The position numbers were made by a program, and so were the translations under genes. A stretch of DNA of 64,000 nt from Spirochaetia bacterium (GTDB lineage: Bacteria; Spirochaetota; Spirochaetia; SZUA-6; Bin103), in contig CBDATQ010000001.1 in assembly GCA_965199955.1 (NCBI GenBank), forward strand, positions 1 to 64,000, in the 5' to 3' direction. The stretch's first letter is position 1, and every line of letters starts with the position of its first letter. The notes under the pieces were generated by a model. The model made no database searches and was not told the origin of the DNA. It saw only the letters and a list, made by a program, of their open reading frames with translations. Positions 1-8,877 of the stretch are shown here, piece by piece.

Positions 1-2
1 TT

Positions 3-263
3 CTGCTGACCGCGGGATATGAAGACGCTTGGCAGGCGGCCGCTGGGGGAAATGGGAACACGTGTTGTCAGGCGCCGAACCTGAGGAACGAGACGAGTGC
101 GCTGTACACGCGGATCGATCAGATCTACGTGAAGGGAGTCAAGCTGAGGGAGTCGGCATCGATCCGCGCCGCGACCGTGGGGGACAAGCCGGAAGACCGC
201 TTGGCCACCGGGCAGTGGCCCTCCGACCACGCGGGAGTAGTGGCGTACCTGCCGGTGGAGTAG
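3..263 (+). CDS. C-terminal part of endonuclease/exonuclease/phosphatase (EEP) family protein, truncated by window edge
   Basis: Frame 3 reads ...YEDAW...TCCQ...TRIDQIYV...WPSDHAGVVAYLPVE* (TAG 261-263). RID and SDH are EEP C-terminal motifs. Not in the ORF track. Confidence 0.8.
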   Translation: MLTAGYEDAWQAAAGGNGNTCCQAPNLRNETSALYTRIDQIYVKGVKLRESASIRAATVGDKPEDRLATGQWPSDHAGVVAYLPVE

Positions 264-355
264 CGCCCCCGAGTCGGGGTAGACGATGCGGGGGCAGGCG
301 GTCGGCGCCGGGATCAGCTGCGAGCGGTTGAGTGATGGGGGAGCAGGAGGAGGGG

Positions 356-667
356 TCAGTAGGCGAGCCCATAGACGTAACCAATAGCGAGTCCGCGGGG
401 TGGTCCAGGTCCCCAAGAGCGGCAGGCGCTTCCGGCAGCCAGGTTGGTGATCGTCTCCGGCGTCGGTATCCGGTGGTCTGGCAGTTCCTCGCCGTCGTGC
501 CACGTCGCCCATTTGCCACGGGCGACGTGGCGCAGCACTGCGGCGGCGGCGTTCCCGTCGCAGGCGGCAAGCTCGGCGTTCATGTCCGCGCGCGGCGCGG
601 TGGTCTCCGTGCCGGCACGCCGGCCATTCCCTCCGCCACCGCGCTCACTGCGTGGTGAATCCGCCAT
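356..667 (-). pseudogene. Possible degenerate HI1420-type addiction-module antitoxin (HTH)
   Basis: MNAELAACDGNAAAAVLRHVARGK and IPTPETITNL loosely resemble the YLnaal.dgd...aL..vAra.G and NPt..Ti segments of this family. An operator-like palindrome lies immediately upstream. Confidence 0.3.
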
Positions 668-675
668 GTAAACTA

Positions 676-695
676 CGGTAGCTACCGGTTGCTAC
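676..695. promoter_or_regulatory. Operator-like palindrome and direct repeat
   Basis: Perfect palindrome CGGTAGCTACCG (676-687) plus imperfect direct repeat GGTAGCTAC/GGTTGCTAC (677-685, 687-695), just upstream of the minus-strand ATG at 667. Confidence 0.4.
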
Positions 696-834
696 TAACG
701 TCCACCGCCCGGCCCGGTGCCCGGTGCTTGGGCGCCCGCACTGAACGCCGAGGCGGAAGCCGCCAAAAAGGCGAAAGAGGCGACCACGCCGGCCGCGCGA
801 GACAAACCGTTCGCCCGCCTGGCAGCCGATCCGC

Positions 835-1027
835 CGTCGGCGCCGTACACGGTCCGGATCGGCTGCCGGCCGTCGACGCCGCACGACCAGGTGCGGAGGG
901 CGAGCGCCAGGCCGGCACGCCCGTCGTGGGCGACCTCCGCATCGAACCCCGCCCGTTCGAAGCGGACCTTCAGCCAGTGCGCGATCCGCGGCTCGTCTTC
1001 GACGATTAGCACCGTGCGCTTCATCAT
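835..1027 (-). pseudogene. Internally deleted OmpR-family response regulator
   Basis: Receiver N-terminus MKRTVLIVEDEPRIAHWLKVRFERAGFDAEVAHDGRAGLALA joins within ~10 codons to the winged-helix terminal motif QPIRTVYGA. The phospho-acceptor Asp region and most of the effector domain are missing. Confidence 0.75.
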
Positions 1028-1110
1028 CACTCCCACGGTGGCCGCGAAATGTCGCACGATTGTCTCATCCCGGGACGAGTTTCGCGCGGCGGACGCCGGG
1101 GAGCGGCCGC

Positions 1111-1116
1111 TTTAGA
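1111..1116. repeat. Left target-site duplication TTTAGA of IS1634-family element
   Basis: Identical hexamer at 3107-3112; both copies directly abut the TIRs. Confidence 0.85.
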
Positions 1117-3106
1117 CCGAAGTTCCAGGAGCGAAATTGCCTGAAGTCCTTGTGGTCAGGGTAGTTTCTCAATGGTGCAGGTTCCTGTGCATGGCTACAT
1201 GCGGGGCGTGACCCCAAGCAGCTCGAAACAGCGCTGCTGAACCGGCGTCGGGTGCGTGTGCAGCGTGAACGTGCTGCCGCCCTCTGCAACCTGCATCGTG
1301 TTCGCCGTCAGCGTGCCCAGCTCAGTGATCAGCGTGCGAAAGCTGCACCGGCAACCCGTCCTCGGTGCGCTTGCTCGACGCCTTGGCCGCCGCGGCCGCC
1401 GATCGCTGCGCCGGCGCCACTTCGGAGACCCGCTTGCGCTCGGCGCCCTGTCGATCGTGATCGTCGAACAGCAACGGCGCCAGCGAGCGCCGCATGTGCC
1501 ACTCCACGTAGTAGGCCAGCATGCACAGCAGCACGTGCGCCCGCACCCGATCGGCGCGCCGGTGGTGAATCGGGCGCACCTTCAGGTCCACGGACTTCAT
1601 GCACCGAAACGCCCGCTCCACCTTCGACAGCCCCTTGTAGGCGCGCACCGTCTGCGCCGCGTCGAGCACCTGCGGCTCCACGTTGCTGCGCACGATGTAC
1701 AGCCCGTCCAGCGCCTGCTCGGCGTCGATCTTGGCCTCATCGCGCCGAAAGCTGAACGACTCGGAGGTGATCTCGGTCACGAAGTGCTTGCCCACCTTGT
1801 AGTGATTGATCACCTTGCCGACCCGCATGCCGATCTCGGCCTCGCCCCGTAGCGGCTGATGGACGCGCTGGGTGGCCTGAGCGATCGGGGCCAGCTTCTG
1901 CTCGGTGGCCTGTAGCAGCTCCTGGCGCTTGCGCTCCCGTTCGTCGGCCAGCAACGGGTTGCGGCACACGATCAGCCGCTCGCCCGGAAACTCCTCGCTG
2001 GTGATCTCGGCCAGGTCGCGCTCGTCGAACAACGACGGCGCCACCTCGCCGGCGGCCACCAGCTTGCGGATCGTCGGCGCGCGCAGCGTGGTGATCCAGC
2101 GCAGCCCCTCCACCTCTTGCAGGTCCTCGCGGATCCTCGCCGCGCTCAGCATCCCGCGGTCGCCGACCAGCACCACCCGCGTGAGCCCGAAGCGGGTGCG
2201 GATCTTGTCCACCTGCGCGCTCACCGTCTTCGGGTCGGCGGTAGAGCCAGGGAATACCTCCACCGCCACCGGACAGCCTTCCTGGGTGCACAGCAGCCCG
2301 AACACGATCTGCAGCGTGCCCGACTTGCCGTCACGGCTGTGTCCCAACTGCGCCAGCTCGCAGTGGCTGCCCTCGAAGTAGGTCGAGCTCACGTCGTAGA
2401 GCACCAGCGTGTGCTCGCTGAGGTGCTGTTCGGCCAGGCGGTCCTCGATCGCCGCCTGGCGCCCGACCAACCAGTCCATCGCCTCGTAGAGCTCGTTCTC
2501 ATCGACCTCCCCCAACCGCAGCGACTCGCCCAGGGTGGACACGGCGCTGGGCGGTGAGAGCGCGCGGGCGGTGGCCAGTTTGGACTGCGCGTCGATGACG
2601 CGGGCGGTGATCATGGCGATGATCAGCTCGCGCGAGCGGCTGGCCTTGCGGGCGATGAGGGTATGGAGTCCGAGCTGCTTGAGGATGCCCAGCACGGCGG
2701 CGACGTGGCCGTGGGGCAGCGAGCGCGTGAGCAGCAACGCATCCGAGACCGAGGCGAAGGCGTGGCCGCCCTTGAGCAGGGTGCGCAAGCCGTCGACCAG
2801 ATCAGGGGGCCATTTGGAGAGGTTCGCGAGCGTGCGCTTCTTGACCTTGCCGTGCTCGCGGTAGGACTCGCGGAGCAGGATGGCAGGGGGAGAGGAGCGG
2901 TTGGGGACAGACTCGATGTACATGACTACTGATCTGTGGCAACAGAATACACACAAGTCACGATATGTCAAGATCAAATAGCATGTATCTCGCCGCTATT
3001 CACCACCATCTACATGGACACGAAACGACGCCAATCAGCACGCAGATCACCTTGCAACTAATTTCTGTCAATGAAGTTACGAGAGATTCACGCTCTGGAA
3101 CTTCGG
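1117..3106 (-). mobile_element. IS1634-family insertion sequence, 1990 bp
   Basis: TIRs CCGAAGTTCCAG (1117-1128) / CTGGAACTTCGG (3095-3106), 6-bp TSD, and a DDE transposase with IS1634-type motifs (LLRESYRE.GKVKKRTLANLS, LYDVSSTYFEG, VGDRGM, VERAFR). Confidence 0.92.
1195..2923 (-). pseudogene. IS1634-family transposase with C-terminal frameshift
   Basis: ATG 2923 (MYIESVPNR). The frame stops at 1322 after DGLPVQLSHADH, while the expected tail SFRTLITELGTLTANT...TPVQQRCFELLGV continues in another frame to TAG 1195-1197. Shift at about 1344. Confidence 0.85.
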
Positions 3107-3112
3107 TTTAGA
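3107..3112. repeat. Right target-site duplication TTTAGA
   Basis: Matches 1111-1116 and contains the minus-strand TAA stop of the C1 peptidase. Confidence 0.85.
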
Positions 3113-3908
3113 GAACCGCGCCGTACGCCTCGTCGAAGGCGCTCGCCGCATAGGCGTCGGACGCGTAGGCGAACCCGCCGTCGCCCCAACGCTCCCCCCA
3201 ACTGTTGCGCACGATGAAATGCGTCCCCGTGTAGCCCACCAGGCAGGCCGCGTGCCCGCCGCCCGAGGCGTCCTCCCGGTACCGGTCCAGCTCACCCTCC
3301 GCGGCCGCCGCCCGCTCCCAGGTCCGGTCCACCACCACCCGCACCAGCACCGGCCCCTGGTTCGAGATCCACGCCCGCCAACGCTCCGGGTCGCGCCCCA
3401 GGTTGTGGTAGCTGGCGATCCGGTACTTCGCCGCCCGGGCATAGAACGCCTCCGTGCTCAGCGAGCTCAGCGCCCCGTCCATGGGCAGCGTGCTCTCGGT
3501 CACACACCCGTACTTCCGCGCCACGCGCAGGGCCAGCTTGATCTGCGTCCCCGCCGACTCGATGAAGGTCGTCGGGAACGAGGTGAGCAGGTCCGTCTCC
3601 TTGTTGGCCATCCAGATGAACCGGGGCGAGGGCCGCTCGCCCCCGGCCAGCAGCCCGGCCTGCCGGTAGTGCCAGTGCAGCACCCCGTCCGCCGCCGCGA
3701 ACCCGACGCAGGCGCCGGTCGTCCCCTGGTCCCTGACCGGCCAGTCCTCGGCGCGCAGGTCCACCTCGGCGCGGGCCGCCGCGTCCGCCACCACCCCGGC
3801 CTCCACGGCGTCCGCGAAGGTCCAGTCCATCTGCACGCCGGCCGACCGGTCGCAGTTGAGAACGAATCGCCCCACGCCCGGGACGAGGCCGATCGGTGCG
3901 GTTGGCAT
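3108..3908 (-). CDS. Papain-like cysteine peptidase (C1 family)
   Basis: VRDQGTTGACVGFA (oxyanion Gln, catalytic Cys), GGHAACLVGY (His), VRNSWGERWGDGGF (Asn). Confidence 0.9.
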   Translation of the reverse strand: MPTAPIGLVPGVGRFVLNCDRSAGVQMDWTFADAVEAGVVADAAARAEVDLRAEDWPVRDQGTTGACVGFAAADGVLHWHYRQAGLLAGGERPSPRFIWMANKETDLLTSFPTTFIESAGTQIKLALRVARKYGCVTESTLPMDGALSSLSTEAFYARAAKYRIASYHNLGRDPERWRAWISNQGPVLVRVVVDRTWERAAAAEGELDRYREDASGGGHAACLVGYTGTHFIVRNSWGERWGDGGFAYASDAYAASAFDEAYGAVL

Positions 3909-4128
3909 GTGTCGGGCATCTTATCGGCCGAGACGTGACCTCGGCTCCGGGCGTCCGGGAGACCCCCTGCTCGCGTTGTCCCGTGGGCCGAGGCCCGGGG
4001 CGCCGGTTCGGCCGGACGTCACCCCGACCAGTCCGGGTGCCGACTCACCGTCGGGGCGCCTGCCGCCGATATAGAGGGCGTGGCGTTGCGCCTCGATCAT
4101 CCAGGGGCGCGCTTGAAGGGAGGCTGCC

Positions 4129-4563
4129 ATGGCCATCGAACTGCCGACTGAACTGACGAACCTGCTGACCGCCGAGACTATCGTGATCGTCGCGGTGGTG
4201 GCGCTGGCCGGCTTGGTGGCGCTGGCGCTGCTGCAGGGCACCGGCCTGCGCCGGCGGGTCGACGACATGCTGCAGGAAGACACGGCCGCCTACGCGACGC
4301 TGCGCACCACCGCGGAGCGGGTGGCCAGGATCGAGGCGGGAACCCTGCCCACCGGCCACGAGGACCTGCGCATCGCGGTGTCGCCGGAGTTGAGCGAGCG
4401 GCTGGCAGAGGCGGCCCGGCGCGGCGGCGTGTCGCTGATGACGGCCGCCCGCGCGGCGCTGGAGCGGGGGCTGGCCTTCGAGGAGGCCGAGCGGCGGCAG
4501 CCGCGCGAGCTGGCCGCGCCGGCGGCGATGGCGGTGGAGCCGGTCGAGCGCAACGGCCACTGA
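4129..4563 (+). CDS. Hypothetical membrane-anchored protein with ribbon-helix-helix-like C-terminal region
   Basis: GGAGG RBS; hydrophobic segment IVIVAVVALAGLVALALL; LRIAVSPELSERLAEAARRGGVSLMTAARAALERGL fits a strand-helix-G.S-helix pattern. Confidence 0.7.
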   Translation: MAIELPTELTNLLTAETIVIVAVVALAGLVALALLQGTGLRRRVDDMLQEDTAAYATLRTTAERVARIEAGTLPTGHEDLRIAVSPELSERLAEAARRGGVSLMTAARAALERGLAFEEAERRQPRELAAPAAMAVEPVERNGH

Positions 4564-4569
4564 CCGGCG

Positions 4570-4740
4570 TCAGCCGAGCATGCGATAGCCCACTCCGCGC
4601 TCGGTCTGGATGTAGGACGGGCTGGCCGCGTCGTCGCCCGGCCGCCGGCGGAGCTTCCTGATGAAGGGACGCACCAGCTCCGTGTCGTCCGTCTCCCGGC
4701 GGCCCGTCCGGGAGATCCTGGTGAAGGGCGTTCCGGGCAC
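4570..4740 (-). pseudogene. Orphan C-terminal fragment of a KdpE/OmpR-type winged-helix domain
   Basis: Reads ...DDTELVRPFIRKLRRRPGDDAASPSYIQTERGVGYRMLG*; there is no receiver domain upstream. Confidence 0.75.
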
Positions 4741-4787
4741 GCGCCGGCAGCGGTGGGCGCCCGCGCGCTCTTGGGGACGCGATCCGG

Positions 4788-5441
4788 TCAGCGCAGGGCG
4801 CCCAGGTCGAGGCGCAGGGACACGGTCAGCAGGTGGGAGAGGCGGTGGTCGACCTCGCTCTCCTCACCGAAGGCGAAGCGGGCGGTGCCGCGGTAGCGGG
4901 TGCTCACGCGCAGGCCGCCGCCCGTGTAGGTGATGCCGAGAGAAGCGGTGTAGAGCTGGCGGTTGCGCTCCGGCTGCTCGGCGTAGAGGTCGAACAGCGG
5001 TTTCAGCCAGCCGTCCAGAGCCAGATCGCCGACCTTCAGGCGCGACTGCAGCTTGCCGCCGGCCGTGACGAACAGCGGGTCGTCGCTGCGGCGCAGGATC
5101 AGCTCCGTGCCCAAGTCCAGCCGGTCGGTAAGGTCGAGGTCCAGGCGCGGCTGAACGCTCACCGACTGGGTGGCGCCCTCGGCCGGCTCGCGCGGATCGG
5201 AGCGGCTGGTCAGGCGGACCGGCAGCGTCAGGCGGGCCGCGTCGCCCAGGTCCTGACGCGCGCTGGTAAGCAGCGTGTGGCGGATGTAAGTGGGCTCCAG
5301 GACCTCCTCGTCGTCCTCCTCCACGCCCTGCGCGGTCTCGTAGGTGAAGGTGAGCACCGGCAGGTCCTGGGCCGGGGCGAGGACGGCGGTCGCGGCGAGG
5401 AGCAGGGGCAGCGCCGCCAGGCGGACGCGGGAACGGTGCAT
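4788..5441 (-). CDS. Exported hypothetical protein, probable outer-membrane beta-barrel
   Basis: Signal peptide MHRSRVRLAALPLLLAATAVLAPA followed by repeated amphipathic beta-strand patterns (VSVQPRLDLDL, YTASLGITY, LLTVSLRLDL). Confidence 0.6.
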   Translation of the reverse strand: MHRSRVRLAALPLLLAATAVLAPAQDLPVLTFTYETAQGVEEDDEEVLEPTYIRHTLLTSARQDLGDAARLTLPVRLTSRSDPREPAEGATQSVSVQPRLDLDLTDRLDLGTELILRRSDDPLFVTAGGKLQSRLKVGDLALDGWLKPLFDLYAEQPERNRQLYTASLGITYTGGGLRVSTRYRGTARFAFGEESEVDHRLSHLLTVSLRLDLGALR

Positions 5442-5689
5442 GCCTTGATGATCGGCGGCCGGCGCGTGCGCGTTGACGGCCGAAGCCGTCCGCACCGCGT
5501 GGCAGCTCGATCGGTTGGCACCTGCCGCAGGTGGATCGTGTGCTCGACGTGAACCACCATCGCGGCTGGACCAGATGGATGCCGCTCTGGGCGCCATCGG
5601 GCAGGCGACGGGCTTGATGGGTAGCAGAACGCGGGCGCCGACCAGGGCGTCGTCAGGAGCCCCGGTCCATGAATGACCTTGACGCCGCA

Positions 5690-5734
5690 TCCTTGCGACA
5701 GCACGTTATTCTTGCATGATCCAATTCGCAAGGA
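5690..5734. promoter_or_regulatory. Inverted repeat, putative autoregulatory operator
   Basis: TCCTTGCGA (5690-5698) / TCGCAAGGA (5726-5734) bracket the promoter/start region of the HTH-peptidase gene. Confidence 0.5.
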
Positions 5735-6846
5735 CCGGCGGCACGTCATCGGTCATCGGCGCGCGAATCAGGGCCCTGCGCGAACAGCGGGAACTCACCC
5801 AAGACAGCATGGCACGCCTGTTCGGATTCAAGGATCGACAGACCGTCTCGGCAATCGAGACCGGCGATCGGGCGGTGACTGCGGAGGAACTGCTGCTCGC
5901 GGTCGAGAAACTGGGCGTGCCTCTGGAATACTTCACCGATCCGTTCCTGCTCGCTGGTGAGGGTCGCTTTTCCTGGCGCCACACCGGCGTCGACGGGGAG
6001 CGGTTGGCAGCCTACGAGCGCAACTGCGGACGCTGGATCGCCGCATTCAGGAGGTTGGCGCCGGCGGTGGGGCGCGAGACTCCGCTCATGCGACGGGCGC
6101 TCGGTCTTACCCGTCGCTCGCGGTTCGAGGACGCGATGCGTGCCGGTGAGCGTTTTGCGGCCGAATTCGGACTCGGTGATGTGCCGGCGACACGGCTGAG
6201 CGAAGCCATGGAACGACAGCTCGGCATCCTCGTCCTCATGGTCGACGCGGAGCCTCATATCTCGGGGGCTGCATGTCGTCTTGCCGAGACGGACGCCGTC
6301 CTGATCGCGCGGAGAGAGGTCGCCGGCCGCCGTCACTTCGATCTGGCTCACGAGTTGTTCCACATCCTGACCTGGGATGCCATGCCGCCGGAACACGCCG
6401 AAGCCGTGCGGGAAACCGGCGGGAACCGCGTGGAGCAGCTCGCAAACAACTTCGCCGCGGCGGCGCTCATGCCCGCCGCCGTGTTGCGGCGATTCGGTGG
6501 CTGGGCGGAGCTGGCCGAGGAAGCGTTGATCCGGCGGTTGAACGCGGCGGCGGTCGAGCTGCACGTGACCTCCTCCGCACTGAGGTGGCGGCTTGTCGCG
6601 CTCGGCGAATTGAAGCCCGCGGCGGCGCGTGCATTGCCGGAGGTCGCACTGCGCAACAACGGACGCACGGAGGCAGAGACCCCGTCCCCCGCCCTCTTCT
6701 CCAGGCCGTTCATGAAGGTGATGGGATTGGCCATCGATCAGGGTCTGGTCTCGGTTCGACGCATGGCCGGCCTGCTCGATGTCACCATCGAAGGGCTCGC
6801 GAAACTGTTCGCGTCACACGGTTTCGAACGGCCCGTGGAGCTCTGA
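5716..6846 (+). CDS. XRE-HTH plus ImmA/IrrE (M78) metallopeptidase fusion protein
   Basis: N-terminal IGARIRALREQRELTQDSMARLFG...TVSAIETG; RRHFDLAHELFH (HExxH); VEQLANNFAAAALMP. Exact start uncertain. Confidence 0.9.
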   Translation: MIQFARTGGTSSVIGARIRALREQRELTQDSMARLFGFKDRQTVSAIETGDRAVTAEELLLAVEKLGVPLEYFTDPFLLAGEGRFSWRHTGVDGERLAAYERNCGRWIAAFRRLAPAVGRETPLMRRALGLTRRSRFEDAMRAGERFAAEFGLGDVPATRLSEAMERQLGILVLMVDAEPHISGAACRLAETDAVLIARREVAGRRHFDLAHELFHILTWDAMPPEHAEAVRETGGNRVEQLANNFAAAALMPAAVLRRFGGWAELAEEALIRRLNAAAVELHVTSSALRWRLVALGELKPAAARALPEVALRNNGRTEAETPSPALFSRPFMKVMGLAIDQGLVSVRRMAGLLDVTIEGLAKLFASHGFERPVEL

Positions 6847-6852
6847 CCCTCG

Positions 6853-7359
6853 GTGGCCCGGCACGCCGGAGCGGTACTGGTGGATACCAACGTCATCCTG
6901 GAGTCCTACCGGACCGGCTCATGGCGCGCGCTCGCGAGGGGCTACGGAGTGGAAACCGTCGAGGAATGCGTCGACGAAACGCAGACGGGGTCCCAGCGCC
7001 GCGAGCCGGAGCGCCGGATCGACGAAGACGGGCTTCGAGACTCTCTCGGGGTGGTTCACTCGGTCGGAGCGAAGGAACGCGCGGAATTGGCGATCCGGAC
7101 CCAGGACATCGCTTTGGACCGTGGTGAAGAGTCGTTGTGGGCTCACGCGCGGGGCCGGGACGACTCCTGGATTCTGTGCGGGCCGGACAGGGCCAGTCTT
7201 CGCTGTGGCGTTCGGCTCGGGTTTCGCGAGCGGCTGGTGTCGTTGGATCGGCTTCTCCGTGCCGTCGGCCACCGGACGAGGATTCCCTTGAGACCGCCAT
7301 ACACGAAAAGCTGGCTGGACCACGTACTTCGGGAACTTCGTTACGTGGCGAATACCTGA
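6853..7359 (+). CDS. PIN-domain-like protein, putative toxin
   Basis: VLVDTNVILE, CVDE, LDRGEESL and LCGPDRA acidic PIN motifs; starts 6 bp after the peptidase gene. Confidence 0.75.
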   Translation: MARHAGAVLVDTNVILESYRTGSWRALARGYGVETVEECVDETQTGSQRREPERRIDEDGLRDSLGVVHSVGAKERAELAIRTQDIALDRGEESLWAHARGRDDSWILCGPDRASLRCGVRLGFRERLVSLDRLLRAVGHRTRIPLRPPYTKSWLDHVLRELRYVANT

Positions 7360-7436
7360 TCGTCCTTCGACATTCTTATGCGAAAGACCTCGTTGCCTGC
7401 GGTATCCACCTCTCACCGCGTTGATCGGGAGTCGAG

Positions 7437-8744
7437 ATGCGATTCTGGATAGTCAAGGCGGGCGAGCCTATTCCGTTCCTGGCCTCCGAGAGCAAAGACC
7501 GCTTCCTGCGCGCGGGACTCATGTGTCTGACGCTAAGGAGACGGGGCCACGATGTGGTATGGTGGGCGTCCCGGTTCGACCATAACCGCAAGGAGTTTCG
7601 CACGGTAGAGGCGGATCGATCGATCCCGGCGTCCGGTGACGGTCCGGATTTGGTCTTCTTGTCATCGCCCGGTTATCGCCGAAACATCGGACTCCGTCGC
7701 TTCTGGGACCATAACCGGATCGCCGCTCGATTCCGCGCGTTGGCACCGACGCTGGAACTCCCGGACGCCATCGTCGTGGCGTATCCGATCATCGACCTTG
7801 CGTGCGCTGCGATCGACTTCGGCCAAGCCCACGGCATCCCGGTCGTGGTGGATATCCGCGACCTGTGGCCGGACATCATCTATCACTGGCTGAACCAGAG
7901 AATCGGCCATTTGGGCATCAAGAGCGACGGTATGTTGATTCCCTACGAGCGCATGGCTCGCCGTTCGTTTCGCCATGCCGACTCGGTGATCGCGATCAGC
8001 CAGGGAATGCTGGACTGGTCGCGGCGATTCGGACGGCCTGCCGAGAGGTGCGACGCAGACCGCGTATTCCATCAGTCGAAGCGATTCGTCACCGTCGACG
8101 GCGCGGCGCGCGCGGCGGAAGTCCACATTTGGGCCGAGCGCGGCGTCGATTTCTCAGAGCCGAGGACCCGCTTGGTCTGGTCCGGGACGCTGACGCCCGA
8201 GTCCGATGCGGCCGCGTTGCTGGAGGCATTGCGACGCGTGCCGGAGTTCCACCGGCGCACGATCCAGGTGGTCATCTGTGGAACGGGGAGTCTGGCGGAT
8301 GCGGTGGAACGGCTGGCAGCCGACTGCGAACACGTGGTCTATGCCGGCTGGGTCGGGCAGGCGGCGTTGTCCGTGTTATTGGAGGAGAGTCATATCGGCC
8401 TGATGTGTTATCCGGATCGGTTCGACTTCCAGGCTTCGATACCCAACAAAGTTGCGGACTATTGTGCCGCGGGCGTTCGGATATTGACCAACCTTGCCGG
8501 TGAGATCGCGCGGCTGACGGAAGGGACGGACACGTTGATCCATTATCCCACGGGTGATGCTTCCGCGCTGGCAGCGCTCCTGATGGATATCGCGGAGGAT
8601 CCGGATCGGTATCGGAGCGACCATGCGGCGTCGCGGGACATCTTCCATCGGCTCTTCGACGCCGACAAGGTGATGAACGACTTCGCCGGCCACGTGGAGT
8701 CATTGGCCGAGCGAGGGCCCGGAGACAGTCGAGCATCACGCTGA
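7437..8744 (+). CDS. Glycosyltransferase family 4
   Basis: VVVDIRDLWPD, VICGTG, AGWV, SIPNKVADYCAAG GT-B motifs. Confidence 0.85.
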   Translation: MRFWIVKAGEPIPFLASESKDRFLRAGLMCLTLRRRGHDVVWWASRFDHNRKEFRTVEADRSIPASGDGPDLVFLSSPGYRRNIGLRRFWDHNRIAARFRALAPTLELPDAIVVAYPIIDLACAAIDFGQAHGIPVVVDIRDLWPDIIYHWLNQRIGHLGIKSDGMLIPYERMARRSFRHADSVIAISQGMLDWSRRFGRPAERCDADRVFHQSKRFVTVDGAARAAEVHIWAERGVDFSEPRTRLVWSGTLTPESDAAALLEALRRVPEFHRRTIQVVICGTGSLADAVERLAADCEHVVYAGWVGQAALSVLLEESHIGLMCYPDRFDFQASIPNKVADYCAAGVRILTNLAGEIARLTEGTDTLIHYPTGDASALAALLMDIAEDPDRYRSDHAASRDIFHRLFDADKVMNDFAGHVESLAERGPGDSRASR

Positions 8745-8877
8745 CCGAGCCCGCGAGGTTGACAGCGCAAGCTCGCCGTAGTAGGTACGGCGGCAGAGCC
8801 GGTCGGACGCGCGCGGGTGCATCCGCGGAGGTAGATTCCTACTTGGCAGTCGCGGCGACCTCGGAGATTCCCGATAC

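Noticed and set aside
8759..8790. Sigma70 promoter for the wbp-like operon
   Set aside because: TTGACA is present, but there is no convincing -10 at 16-18 nt spacing.
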